Positions 18,830-27,622 of a DNA stretch of 64,000 nt are shown piece after piece. Source of the stretch: an uncultured Collinsella sp. (GTDB lineage Bacteria > Actinomycetota > Coriobacteriia > Coriobacteriales > Coriobacteriaceae). A program made the position numbers and the translations under genes. Every line of letters begins with the position of its first letter. Within the stretch, counting starts at the first letter, position 1. A model generated the notes under the pieces. That model had not been told where the DNA came from, searched no databases, and saw only the letters and a program-made list of their open reading frames with translations. Location: the NCBI GenBank assembly GCA_900543645.1, contig UQRZ01000002.1:132969-196968 (forward strand), read 5' to 3'.

Positions 18830-19984
18830 TTACTTACCAATATCAAGCCAATTGCACAGAACGTTGGCCCGCAATCTGGTCTCAGCGCATCTCATCGCTT
18901 CGGTTTTTGGCTTGTAGCGCAACTCTAATCGCTCACACACACTGTGGATGATGGCATCAAGTTGATCGTGATCATTGAGCATGTCATGGGTTACAAGAAA
19001 TACGTCGTATCCCATGCTTTGCAATGCTGTCATTCGGGTGGCATCGTGGTCAAGCACGGCGCCCGACCCATGGATAACCTCTCCTTGAAGTTCGATAATC
19101 ACAGCCTTCATTGTTATTGGATTTACGATGACGATATCGCCGTAACAGATTTTCTGGCCTGCGATTTTCCGAGCTGAATTCGACAGCGGTGTTAAGTCGT
19201 TGACGAATATGTTTTTAAACTCCGCTCCGCCGGCACGCCTCGGATGACTTAGCAACATGATTCCAGCAACTTCTAGCGGGGATGCAGCAATACCTATTAC
19301 CTGCTGTGCGGCTTCGTAGAATTGCTTTCCCCACATCTCGCTTTTAACCTTCGCTGCAAATCTATGCAGTTCTTCTATTTCAATAAGAGGCTTTCTCATC
19401 CAGAGCGATGTGCCCTTTCCGCTAGCATTATTTCCGGATCCGTCATCCTGCTGCCCACTTTGATCATTCTCGCTGTCCTTCTGGTGCGCCCGAGCATAGA
19501 CTCGCTTCCATGGGGCCTCGTCTTGGGTTTCGTCTAGTTCAAACAGACTTTCTATGGTGTACTGCTCCTCATTTGGTTTTGCCTGCTCAAGTGCCATATC
19601 GACCGTGGGCGATGGTTTAAAAATCGAGAACCACCCGCAGAACTCGTACATAGCAAGAACTAGATCGCATGAAGACACGCTTCGAGTCATGGTGAATAGC
19701 GTATTAAGAGGGTCTGTGACGCTAAAGCCCATACCCGTGTCGATGGAAACCTTCTCTGTATAGGCGCTGTTCCATCGGATGGTCCGTCTTGTCTCGGAAT
19801 GCAGGTTACTTCGTGTTGATGCTGCTGTGATGACTGGCGTCTTGAGGACGTCGGTCACGAAAGGGGCTTGGGATAGGGCTCGCCAGCCGTCTTCGGCGTT
19901 GGGTAAGCGCGGGTAGAGGTCGCGCATCTGCGGTGGGCAGCGCCAGTAGCGGAATGCGGTGTTTGCGCAGACAATTTCGTCCAT
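18830..19984 (-). CDS. Hypothetical protein with C-terminal DUF559-like (Vsr/MutH-fold endonuclease) domain
   Basis: C-terminal region (AVIIELQGEVIHGSG...DATRMTALQSMGYDVFLVTHDML) matches the DUF559 pattern. ATG start MDEIV preceded by GGGGGA. AT-rich relative to the core genome. Confidence 0.6.
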   Translation of the reverse strand: MDEIVCANTAFRYWRCPPQMRDLYPRLPNAEDGWRALSQAPFVTDVLKTPVITAASTRSNLHSETRRTIRWNSAYTEKVSIDTGMGFSVTDPLNTLFTMTRSVSSCDLVLAMYEFCGWFSIFKPSPTVDMALEQAKPNEEQYTIESLFELDETQDEAPWKRVYARAHQKDSENDQSGQQDDGSGNNASGKGTSLWMRKPLIEIEELHRFAAKVKSEMWGKQFYEAAQQVIGIAASPLEVAGIMLLSHPRRAGGAEFKNIFVNDLTPLSNSARKIAGQKICYGDIVIVNPITMKAVIIELQGEVIHGSGAVLDHDATRMTALQSMGYDVFLVTHDMLNDHDQLDAIIHSVCERLELRYKPKTEAMRCAETRLRANVLCNWLDIGK

Positions 19985-20323
19985 TTGCGTCCCCCTGATA
20001 TCGGCCGTAGGCCGTGCGAATTGCGGGCATGGCCGATTATCTACCGGGGCATCATGCGGGTAAGTACCGGAAGCAAACCAAAAGCTTGACGAGTTCTGCC
20101 GAAAAACCGTCGTGTGATAGAAATCCGCTGGAAGGCGCTCTGTGCATATGGTCCCTGTCTCCACATTAGAGCTCGGATCACAGGGGGAATTCAATGAAAA
20201 TTCGCATGCGTTTTATACAGAACGGGCAATGTCGTCAGCAAAAAGGGTGCGATAAAAATGACGCCTTAGACGACTACGATTTGATTTTGGTGTCAGTTTT
20301 GGTGTCACCCTTGGTGTCAAAAT

Positions 20324-20355
20324 AAAAAAAGGTCAGAGGCTTAACACCTCTGACC
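20324..20355 (-). terminator. Intrinsic terminator after tRNA-Val
   Basis: Minus-strand hairpin GGTCAGAGG-TGTTAAG-CCTCTGACC followed by TTTTTTT. Confidence 0.8.
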
Positions 20356-20366
20356 TGTGCTTTAGA

Positions 20367-20441
20367 TGGTGGGCGATACAAGATTCGAACTTGTGACCCC
20401 ATCCGTGTGAAGGATATGCTCTACCCCTGAGCCAATCGCCC
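20367..20441 (-). tRNA. tRNA-Val (anticodon CAC), CCA encoded
   Basis: GGGCGATTGGCTCAGGGGTAGAGC... with anticodon loop TTCACAC and T-loop TTCGAAT. Confidence 0.85.
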
Positions 20442-20582
20442 GTCGCCTTTCGGCAAAAGAGATACTATCATAGCCGCGCGTGGTTTACCAAGAACTTTTT
20501 GCCCCCGATTATAAATTCGTGGGCGCAAACCGCACCACCACAATCGGGGCAGCCGACAAACCACCGGCTAAACCGACCTTTA

Positions 20583-21368
20583 TCGCTTGATCCACGAGGT
20601 CTCGGGGCGGCAGATAAGTCGCGCGTTGTTGTAGGCCATGTCGAGCGTGAGGCAGGTACGCGCGGCGTAGAAGCCGTCCTAGCGCTGGATGGTCAGTGCC
20701 AGCTCGGGCTTGTCGCCGGTTAGGCACAGCGGAAGCAGCAGCTGGATTCGGCCGCCGTAGAACTGCGGCACCGCGAGCGTGTAGTTGGCGGCGGCGCGGC
20801 GGGCGGCCTCGACGACGGCGCCCTCAAAGGCACGGCGCAGCAGCAGCGAGTTGCCCTCCCCCATCAGGCTGGCGGGAATGCGCGTAAGGTTTTCCTCGTC
20901 GCCCAGAATGTGGTCGATATTGGAGCGGATGGGCAGGCGGTAGTCAAAGACCAGCTCGGAGGGGTCCTCGGCAAAGCGCACGCGGCACGGCAGGTACTCA
21001 AACGAGACCAGCATGGGGTCGCTTTCCTTAAAGAAACCCTTCAAAAACCAGCGCTGGCGCGCATCGGGCTTGGTGTTGGGCTCAAACAGACCGTAGATGG
21101 TCTCGTAACGGCGTGTGTACAGGCCGGTGTTAAACAGGCAGCGGTCGTCGTCGAACACCAGCGGTAGGTTGGACGGGGCGGTCTGGTCCACGTCGCGCTC
21201 GGTCAAAAACACCGCGCGGCTAAACGAAAACGACAAGTAGTTTTTGAGGATGCGGTTGCTGGGACCCCAGTCCTCGGGATCGGCGAGGTCGGCCAGGCGG
21301 TCGTAACAGGGCTCGGGGCAAAACGCAAAGTCGTAGACATTGCTGCACAGGGTGCTGGGGATCTCCAT
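20583..21368 (-). pseudogene. Hypothetical gene downstream of doc, interrupted by an in-frame TAG (amber) at 20679-20681
   Basis: Reading frame continues 32 codons past the TAG (...ALTIQR*DGFYAARTCLTLDMAYNNARLI...) to a TAA at 20580-20582. No family recognised. Confidence 0.5.
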
Positions 21369-21413
21369 GTGGTGTCCAATCAATTCAATAACCGACGTGC
21401 GGATGCTTAGATT

Positions 21414-21929
21414 CTATACGTGCGACGGGTTGTCCGCGCCCGCAACGCAACCGCGGCGCAGCTCTTCGGCGAGTCTGCCGTTCGTGCGGCGACTGGAAAC
21501 GAGGTCCTGGATCCAGGCGTAGTACTGGTTGTCTTTGGGCTCGGGGTTGTCGGACAGCACGACCGGAGTGCCTGCAAACCTTAAGACGGACAACGCAAAG
21601 ACAAGGCTGGTGCGTTTGTTGCCGTCCTCAAAGATGTGGTCCTTGACCATGTGCTCGGCCACGTAGGTGACCTGGTCAAAGATGTCTGCGAAGCGATCGG
21701 CCGGCGATTGACCGAATATCGTACAGAATGCACCCGCAAGCACGGACTCGACGCGTCCGAGCTCAAGCGCGGCCCGGTCGCCCGTGGCGTCGGTCGTATA
21801 GCAGCGCCCGACCGTCATCAGCGTGCTGTGCAGACGCATCACGGCCTCGGCCATAGCTTCGAGCGAACCGGCATCATCGAGCGCGAGCGGCGCGAACGGA
21901 TGTGCCCGGCGCGGCGCGAACGCCGTCAT
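21414..21929 (-). CDS. doc: Doc/Fic-family toxin (death-on-curing-like)
   Basis: HIFEDGNKRT matches the Doc motif HxFx(D/N)(A/G)NKR. Start ATG overlaps the upstream gene stop (ATGA). Confidence 0.7.
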   Translation of the reverse strand: MTAFAPRRAHPFAPLALDDAGSLEAMAEAVMRLHSTLMTVGRCYTTDATGDRAALELGRVESVLAGAFCTIFGQSPADRFADIFDQVTYVAEHMVKDHIFEDGNKRTSLVFALSVLRFAGTPVVLSDNPEPKDNQYYAWIQDLVSSRRTNGRLAEELRRGCVAGADNPSHV

Positions 21930-22111
21930 GAGTTCTCCAAGAGCCTGAGAGCGTTGGGCATGCCCGCAATAGTCAGCCGAATAGCATCGTCGATCGACGT
22001 GACGCCGTCGAGCGAAATCGGTAATGTTGAATTTGCCTCGTGCGCTATTGAATGATCTTCTTGAACAGCTAGGCCAGCGCCGTCATCATTTTGAACATTG
22101 CCCCAAAGCAT
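21926..22111 (-). CDS. Putative Phd-like antitoxin (small protein translationally coupled to doc)
   Basis: 61 aa. ATG preceded by AGGAGG at 5-nt spacing. Stop overlaps the doc start. No confident family match. Confidence 0.5.
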   Translation of the reverse strand: MLWGNVQNDDGAGLAVQEDHSIAHEANSTLPISLDGVTSIDDAIRLTIAGMPNALRLLENS

Positions 22112-22122
22112 GTCTGCCTCCT

Positions 22123-22395
22123 TTATAGCTCTATGGATGGAATAGCCCGCGAGTCGTACTCCAGAGCAATCGGCTGCCCCGCATGGGCAATAATATCGCG
22201 CGCGAGCTCGTCGCCCGCCATGCCGCAGACGACGCGAGGCGCACCGCGCTCAAACTGTTTCATCTCAAAAGCGTTCGACAGGATCGCCGTCAATTCGGCT
22301 GGAGTCAGCCCTTGGTCACAGAGAGCAAAATCGACCGCCTCCCCCAGCGTTCTCATGGCATCCTCGAGATACATCTCACCGTAGGCGTGGGTCAT
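22123..22395 (-). CDS. Hypothetical small protein, first gene of the doc operon
   Basis: 90 aa. ATG with GGGGA upstream. Stop 12 nt before the next gene's SD. Confidence 0.4.
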   Translation of the reverse strand: MTHAYGEMYLEDAMRTLGEAVDFALCDQGLTPAELTAILSNAFEMKQFERGAPRVVCGMAGDELARDIIAHAGQPIALEYDSRAIPSIEL

Positions 22396-22439
22396 CGCCC
22401 GTCATCCCCTCTCGAATGATATCGACGATACGAATTCCC

Positions 22440-22754
22440 TCAAACGGATTTTTCGGCAAGTAGCTCTCGATACATCGTCCTTGCCGCTACATCTCGCTCC
22501 TTGGCCAATGGACCATACAGAGCTTGTGGCGCACGTTCAAATCCAGCAAAACGAATGCCCTTAAACGCGCGCTCACTTTTAAGCACAATCTGCTCTCCCA
22601 GGTTGCCGAGCCCCATAGATCGATCAAGCTGATCGACGGTAATCGTATTGTTCACAAAGGCTCTAGCATAGGATGGCCAGCAAATAGACGAGGGCATACC
22701 AACATCAGTCGATACGCCCCACATCAGAAGATATGTTTTTCTAGTCTTAAGCAC
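22440..22754 (-). CDS. Hypothetical protein (possibly a gene fragment)
   Basis: 104-aa ORF with GTG start overlapping the stop of the upstream dCD-like gene. AT-rich. No family recognised. Confidence 0.3.
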   Translation of the reverse strand: MLKTRKTYLLMWGVSTDVGMPSSICWPSYARAFVNNTITVDQLDRSMGLGNLGEQIVLKSERAFKGIRFAGFERAPQALYGPLAKERDVAARTMYRELLAEKSV

Positions 22755-23544
22755 AGGCCGCTTGATGCAATGCCAAGTACACCGCTACACCAATACAAAC
22801 GATACCTAATGCAAGAGGCAAGTACGCCTTCTTGTCTTTGTCCTTAACAAGGAAGGCTTCGATTGCGGATGCTAGGACCAGAAAACCGCCAATAATCAGC
22901 AGATCGAGTGCAACAAAGTTGACGGTTGTTATATTGGAGGACAGACCTCCGGCGTTGACGTTTACGAGCGTAAAGATCGCAGCGAAAATGGCGAAGAGGG
23001 CCAGGACGTTGCCATAGATACGGGACTCGATATTGACGATTTCTTCCTTCTTGTTCTCGACCTTTTTAAGTTCCCCGGCATATACGTCGGAATAATCTGC
23101 AAGTCCGTTAAAGTTGAGCTCATCAGAGAAAGCGCCGTGGTAAGGATGGGCTACCATGCCATCAACGCGCTGGAATGCAACCTGCGCTATACCCTTAGAC
23201 GTATCGAGCGTAATAGTGTTGCCGCTTACGTTTGTAACACGGTAAAACAGCCGTGTTCCATGTCCGGGGAAATATAGCGGCGCGTCCAAAGAAAGCCCCT
23301 GGCGAATGCGCGAATTGCGCAGAAGTACGCTAGCGGTCAAATTGTTTGGCAACGCTACACATTCAACGCAAGAGACGAATGTCGAATCCCCAGGACCGAG
23401 TTCGACCTCGGACTGCTTGTTCTCGTTAATGTAGAAGCCGTCGGTGCGCAAGTCATACGTAACCTGTCCGATGTTCGAAGCATCGGCATGGAGCAGAACC
23501 TCGCTGTCGATTAGCTCCTGAATCTTAGTATCGCTCAAGTACAT
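22747..23544 (-). CDS. dCTP deaminase/dUTPase-superfamily domain protein fused to C-terminal transmembrane helices
   Basis: N-terminus MYLSDTKIQELIDSEVLL... and LLRNSRIRQGLSL resemble the Dcd core (xRSSLARxGL). C-terminal 90 aa form about 3 hydrophobic helices. ATG with AAGGAAG SD. Confidence 0.55.
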   Translation of the reverse strand: MYLSDTKIQELIDSEVLLHADASNIGQVTYDLRTDGFYINENKQSEVELGPGDSTFVSCVECVALPNNLTASVLLRNSRIRQGLSLDAPLYFPGHGTRLFYRVTNVSGNTITLDTSKGIAQVAFQRVDGMVAHPYHGAFSDELNFNGLADYSDVYAGELKKVENKKEEIVNIESRIYGNVLALFAIFAAIFTLVNVNAGGLSSNITTVNFVALDLLIIGGFLVLASAIEAFLVKDKDKKAYLPLALGIVCIGVAVYLALHQAACA

Positions 23545-23690
23545 ATGAACCACTTCCTTAGGGTCCGAGTATAGCACCAAGGTATGGCACGGTGGTTACC
23601 CCCAAAGGTGGTACAGAGAAGTAATAAGAAAGCGTTGCCCTTAAAGCTCCTACAGAGCTCTTGTATCGCAGCCAAGTGCGTCGCGCCGCA

Positions 23691-24779
23691 TCAGCAGCGA
23701 TATGCGGCGTTTAGAAGCACTGTCCCCAGCAGGAATAGCGTTAAGGAGGCTGCTATCCAGTAGCTGTCGCCGGTCTTGGGAAGTGTCGGTGATGTTGCCA
23801 TAGTGGATTTGGGCCTGGTCGTCTTGGTGACGGTGGTCTTGGTGACCGTTGTCTTGGGCGACGCAGCCACGGGTTTCACCGTGGGATGCGTCGTCTGCTC
23901 CGCAGCGGCCCCTCTATTAGCAGGGTCAACATCGGCGCCCGCCACGCCATCCCCCGGCACCTCGCCGACGGGCGACTCAGTCTCCCCCGCCGGGCCGGTG
24001 GCGCCATCGGGCTCAATCTCCACGTGCGGCGCCACGGCCCCGCTAACATCCACCACGCTGGCAACACCAAAGGCTCCGCCTGCAGGCGTCACAAAGTGCG
24101 CGGCCACGAGCGACCCGCGATTGCAGGCAACGCCGGCATCCGTACCGGTTGCATCCAGCCAGGACGCATCCACGACGAGTGTCTCGCTCGCAGCCTCAGC
24201 ACCAAACCCCTCGTCGAGCAAGCGTACGCCATAAAAGCGCAAGCCAGTATCGGAACCCGCGCCCGAAGCAGCAACGCGCCCGCCGCCACGTACTGTCAAG
24301 CTACCTGCGGCGATGCCAGCCACAGTCTGGCTAACAACGCCTGCCCCGTCGGCCCTGGCATCGACCGTGCAGTCGTCCACCACCAGCGCCTGGGCCACAT
24401 GGATCCCGCATTGCGAACCCGTCGCCGTGAGCGAACCCGAGCCGCGAAGCGTAAGGTTTCCCCACACCTCCATGCCGCTCATGGAAATGTCCGCATCGGG
24501 CGCATGCGTCTCGATCACGGAGTTTTGCCCCACAAGCGTCACCACCAGGTCGCCGTCGGCGCCGATGGCCTCGCCCGCATAGCCGGTAAGCTCCAGATGG
24601 TCGACTTCGGTCCAAGCCCAACCGGGACCCGAAACACCTGGCTCGTAGTACGTGGCGCCCGCAATGAACAGGCTGTCCGCGCCCGCGGCACAAGAAGGCC
24701 CGCCCAGCAAAACGCATAGGCAGGCCATGACGGTAAGCAGAATGTAGTGACGGCTAGTGTGGAACGCGGTGGCAAACAT
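23691..24779 (-). CDS. LPXTG-anchored cell-wall surface protein (Gly/Ala/Thr-rich repeats)
   Basis: N-terminal signal peptide. C-terminal LPKTGD plus hydrophobic segment plus a short charged tail. TTVTKTT repeats. High GC unlike neighbours. Confidence 0.7.
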   Translation of the reverse strand: MFATAFHTSRHYILLTVMACLCVLLGGPSCAAGADSLFIAGATYYEPGVSGPGWAWTEVDHLELTGYAGEAIGADGDLVVTLVGQNSVIETHAPDADISMSGMEVWGNLTLRGSGSLTATGSQCGIHVAQALVVDDCTVDARADGAGVVSQTVAGIAAGSLTVRGGGRVAASGAGSDTGLRFYGVRLLDEGFGAEAASETLVVDASWLDATGTDAGVACNRGSLVAAHFVTPAGGAFGVASVVDVSGAVAPHVEIEPDGATGPAGETESPVGEVPGDGVAGADVDPANRGAAAEQTTHPTVKPVAASPKTTVTKTTVTKTTRPKSTMATSPTLPKTGDSYWIAASLTLFLLGTVLLNAAYRC

Positions 24780-24997
24780 AACCGCTCCGATCTTCGCAAG
24801 AGCCAATGGAAGCTGTACCAAGAAATGCCCTGGTAGCAGCAGTTATTAGTGTAGCGAGATTGGGCGAGTGGCGAACGAATTACCTGTAAAACGACCCGGA
24901 AATTAGGTGTAATCCGTTTTGTCAGTCGGTGAAAGGAAGCTTCGGAAACGTCGAGCAAGTGCGCGGCATCGGCAAGCCATTGAGCGACTAAACGCAA

Positions 24998-26788
24998 TCA
25001 CATATATACACCGGAATCAGTTGAAATATCCTGCGCCCTTTCATTTAACGTTGCTATTGTCTGCTTGATGTCATTGCGAATCCATTTGGTCCTCAGTCCG
25101 CCCATGCGAGATTTGGACCCCACTTTGACAAGTTGAGTGTCAATCATTTTTAACCATTCAACGGCTTCATTCAGGCTATGCTTGTCTGCATAACTCTTCA
25201 TGCCGGTATGAAAAAATAAATGCAGGGAATTTTGTGAATCGGCGGTTCCTTCATAGGTTGCCATGGCAACAGTTTCAGCTGGTACATTCAGTATTCTATT
25301 TTGGTTCTCTGATTTTATGGCTTTTTCAAAAAACGCAGAGATTGTTTTACCTGTGTTCTGGTCAACTATAGAAAACTCAAGACTGATGCGATTTAAATCT
25401 CGATCTCTTTCATCTTGTTCAACCTCAGTTATAAGTTTGTCCATTATGAGATTGGCATCTGTACCATAAAAATCATTCATATTATCTCGTTCTTGCCTCA
25501 AAGCGGCAGCGTCGCACTTGGGGTCATGATTGGCGGCATGCCGAAGCGAATCGAGAAGCTTCTCGCGAAAAGATTCATCCCAGAACCCAAGAATAATAAG
25601 ATCGAGTGAATGTCTAATAATCTTATAAAACCATACTTGAGAATACTGTCCCTTAGCTAGCATGTTTTTAAGATGGTTCGCGAGCAATTCAACCTGACCG
25701 TCTTCCAAGCTCCGTAAAGCGCCCCAATGGTATTCCATTTCTTGGGCCTCGACATCTGCGGCAGAATTGGGATTTTTCTCTAGTACAAATTTATTGAAAG
25801 AACTCTTAACAGTTTCTGGGTCTACATCCTTCCCTTCAGTTAATGGAGCAAGGGCCTTTGATAAAGTAAGATAATAATCGTATTCCTGGAGTTCAGACTC
25901 GTCGAAAATGCTCATTGAGCTATTCGCGTCTTTTGGCTCATTAGGAACTATTCCTGCTGATGCTTGAACTGCATATCCAACAAAATCTGAGAACGCTTGT
26001 ACTCTTCCATGAAAATCTATGGACTCATCGACAAGAGCCGACGAGCTTAATACGTAGTTTATACACGGGATTGATCTCGATAGAGCTCTTGCGTTGATAA
26101 GGGAGTCCTTAAGTCCGTCGATAACTGCATCCTTGACTTTGAAGTCAATCTGTTCGGGAATGGATAACTGGTCCTTTACTATTGCCCGGTAAAGCACCTG
26201 TAGATCTGGCTCATACTCAATTTGGCTAATAACCGCTTTTTCTATAGAGCAGTCATCCTCAAAAGACAGTGGCTGATTTCTGACAAGCATCACATGCCAG
26301 CCATGATTTTCGACCATATTGTTAACAAACCCAAGAAATGAGCGGTCATCATGAGCGAAGCTGCTACGTTCGCAATCGTCCAATATCACGAGAACTTTAT
26401 TCATTCCAATCAAAGATAGTAATAAGTCAGGTTTAATGGAAACCTGAATTCCAATTTTTGCTAGCCGCTTGCTTGCAATTGACTTACTAACGTCAATTGC
26501 GCCTTTCTTAAAAACATTTTTTGTGGCATCAATGCGCTTCGTTGAGTTTTCAGAAAAATGAAGCCAAGAGGCTAGAACCCTATTGCAAATCTCGTCATAA
26601 TCGGAAACGCCGAATAGCGATACACGGCATACCTTTATACCTAATTCCTTAAGCGCAGGCTTAAGATCGTTCTCGCAATAATACGTCTTCCCCGAACCCC
26701 ATTCGCCATGCAGGACTAAAGCTTGAAGGCCAATGGTGTCACATTGCATGTATTTTTTAATTGTCTCGGTGATTTCTTTGGCATGCAT
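24998..26788 (-). CDS. KAP-family P-loop NTPase
   Basis: About 596 aa with Walker A LHGEWGSGKT near the N-terminus and Walker B VLVILDDCE. KAP-like size. No obvious TM insertions. ATG with GGAG upstream (ORF-track M is TTG). AT-rich. Confidence 0.6.
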   Translation of the reverse strand: MHAKEITETIKKYMQCDTIGLQALVLHGEWGSGKTYYCENDLKPALKELGIKVCRVSLFGVSDYDEICNRVLASWLHFSENSTKRIDATKNVFKKGAIDVSKSIASKRLAKIGIQVSIKPDLLLSLIGMNKVLVILDDCERSSFAHDDRSFLGFVNNMVENHGWHVMLVRNQPLSFEDDCSIEKAVISQIEYEPDLQVLYRAIVKDQLSIPEQIDFKVKDAVIDGLKDSLINARALSRSIPCINYVLSSSALVDESIDFHGRVQAFSDFVGYAVQASAGIVPNEPKDANSSMSIFDESELQEYDYYLTLSKALAPLTEGKDVDPETVKSSFNKFVLEKNPNSAADVEAQEMEYHWGALRSLEDGQVELLANHLKNMLAKGQYSQVWFYKIIRHSLDLIILGFWDESFREKLLDSLRHAANHDPKCDAAALRQERDNMNDFYGTDANLIMDKLITEVEQDERDRDLNRISLEFSIVDQNTGKTISAFFEKAIKSENQNRILNVPAETVAMATYEGTADSQNSLHLFFHTGMKSYADKHSLNEAVEWLKMIDTQLVKVGSKSRMGGLRTKWIRNDIKQTIATLNERAQDISTDSGVYM

Positions 26789-26941
26789 CGCTTTGTTCTC
26801 CAATCGACTGTATTTCGCTTTGCATTGTTAAGTCAAGTGTTTTTTAGCGACCACGTCTCTAAAAATTTTTATTTTGCCTCATGCTAGCTAGTGTTCAACT
26901 CGTGACCGTGGTATCTGATATTGTATTTTCGAGTTAACTAA

Positions 26942-26981
26942 GGACGGGGGCGTATCGGCGCTAGCCGATACGCCCCCGTCC
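26942..26981. terminator. Near-perfect 40-bp hairpin (18-bp arms, 4-nt loop) between the ugd fragment and the KAP NTPase gene
   Basis: GGACGGGGGCGTATCGGC-GCTA-GCCGATACGCCCCCGTCC. No T-tract on either side, so function as a terminator is uncertain. Confidence 0.35.
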
Positions 26982-27051
26982 TCAGGTACGATGATCGTAC
27001 TGTGGTCTTGCCTTAATCTAAGTCCGCCCACTGCAACCAGCCGCCTCTCCC

Positions 27052-27444
27052 CTAGCCCCGCTTAAACATACCCCTCGTGTACACCTTGTCCGCAACGTCC
27101 GCGAGCTCGTCGCTCCAGCGGTTGGCGACGATCACGTCGCAGCCGGCCTTGAAGGCCTCCAGGTCGTGGGTCACCTCGGAGCCGAAGAACTCCGGCGCGT
27201 CCAGCGTGGGCTCGTAGACCACCACGGGCACGCCCTTGGCCTTCACGCGCTTCATGACGCCCTGGATGGAGCTCGCGCGGAAGTTGTCGGAGTTGGACTT
27301 CATCGTCAGGCGGTAGACGCCCACGACCGGCCTCTCCTTGCCCTCGTACACGCGGTCCCACACCATCTGCAGCACCTCGTCGGCCACGAAGTCCTTGCGG
27401 GTGCGGTTGGCGTCCACGATGGCCTCGATCAGGTTCTGGGGCAC
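27052..27444 (-). pseudogene. ugd: UDP-glucose 6-dehydrogenase 3' fragment (C-terminal 130 codons only)
   Basis: Matches the UDP-glucose/GDP-mannose dehydrogenase C-terminal domain (IQGVMKR...VVVYEP...ANRWSDEL...KVYTRGMF). 5' part replaced by AT-rich DNA. Confidence 0.7.
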
Positions 27445-27622
27445 GTCCCTGTAGTTGGCCAGCAGCTGCTTAGTGTCCTTGGACAGGCAGTAGCCGCCGT
27501 AGCCGAAGCTGGGGTTGTTGTAGTGGCTGCCGGTGAGTGGCTGACTAGAGTGTTAAGAACCTAAAACTGAGCTTCTCAAGTCAAATGACCTTAAATAAAT
27601 GTTAGCTATAATTGTCCACTGT

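Noticed and set aside
17238-20441. tRNA-flanked integrative element (prophage or ICE) call for the island
   Set aside because: No integrase, recombinase or excisionase gene was found in or next to the island. The tRNA-Ala duplication includes the whole gene plus promoter and terminator, not just a 3' att-type fragment.
22524-22847. 107-aa plus-strand ORF in the island
   Set aside because: It overlaps two co-directional minus-strand genes and has no SD. The minus-strand genes have the better coding support.
23776-24719. Plus-strand ORFs (152 aa, 277 aa) inside the LPXTG gene
   Set aside because: They are antisense to a gene with a clear signal peptide and sortase motif. The region is locally high-GC and repetitive, which generates open antisense frames.
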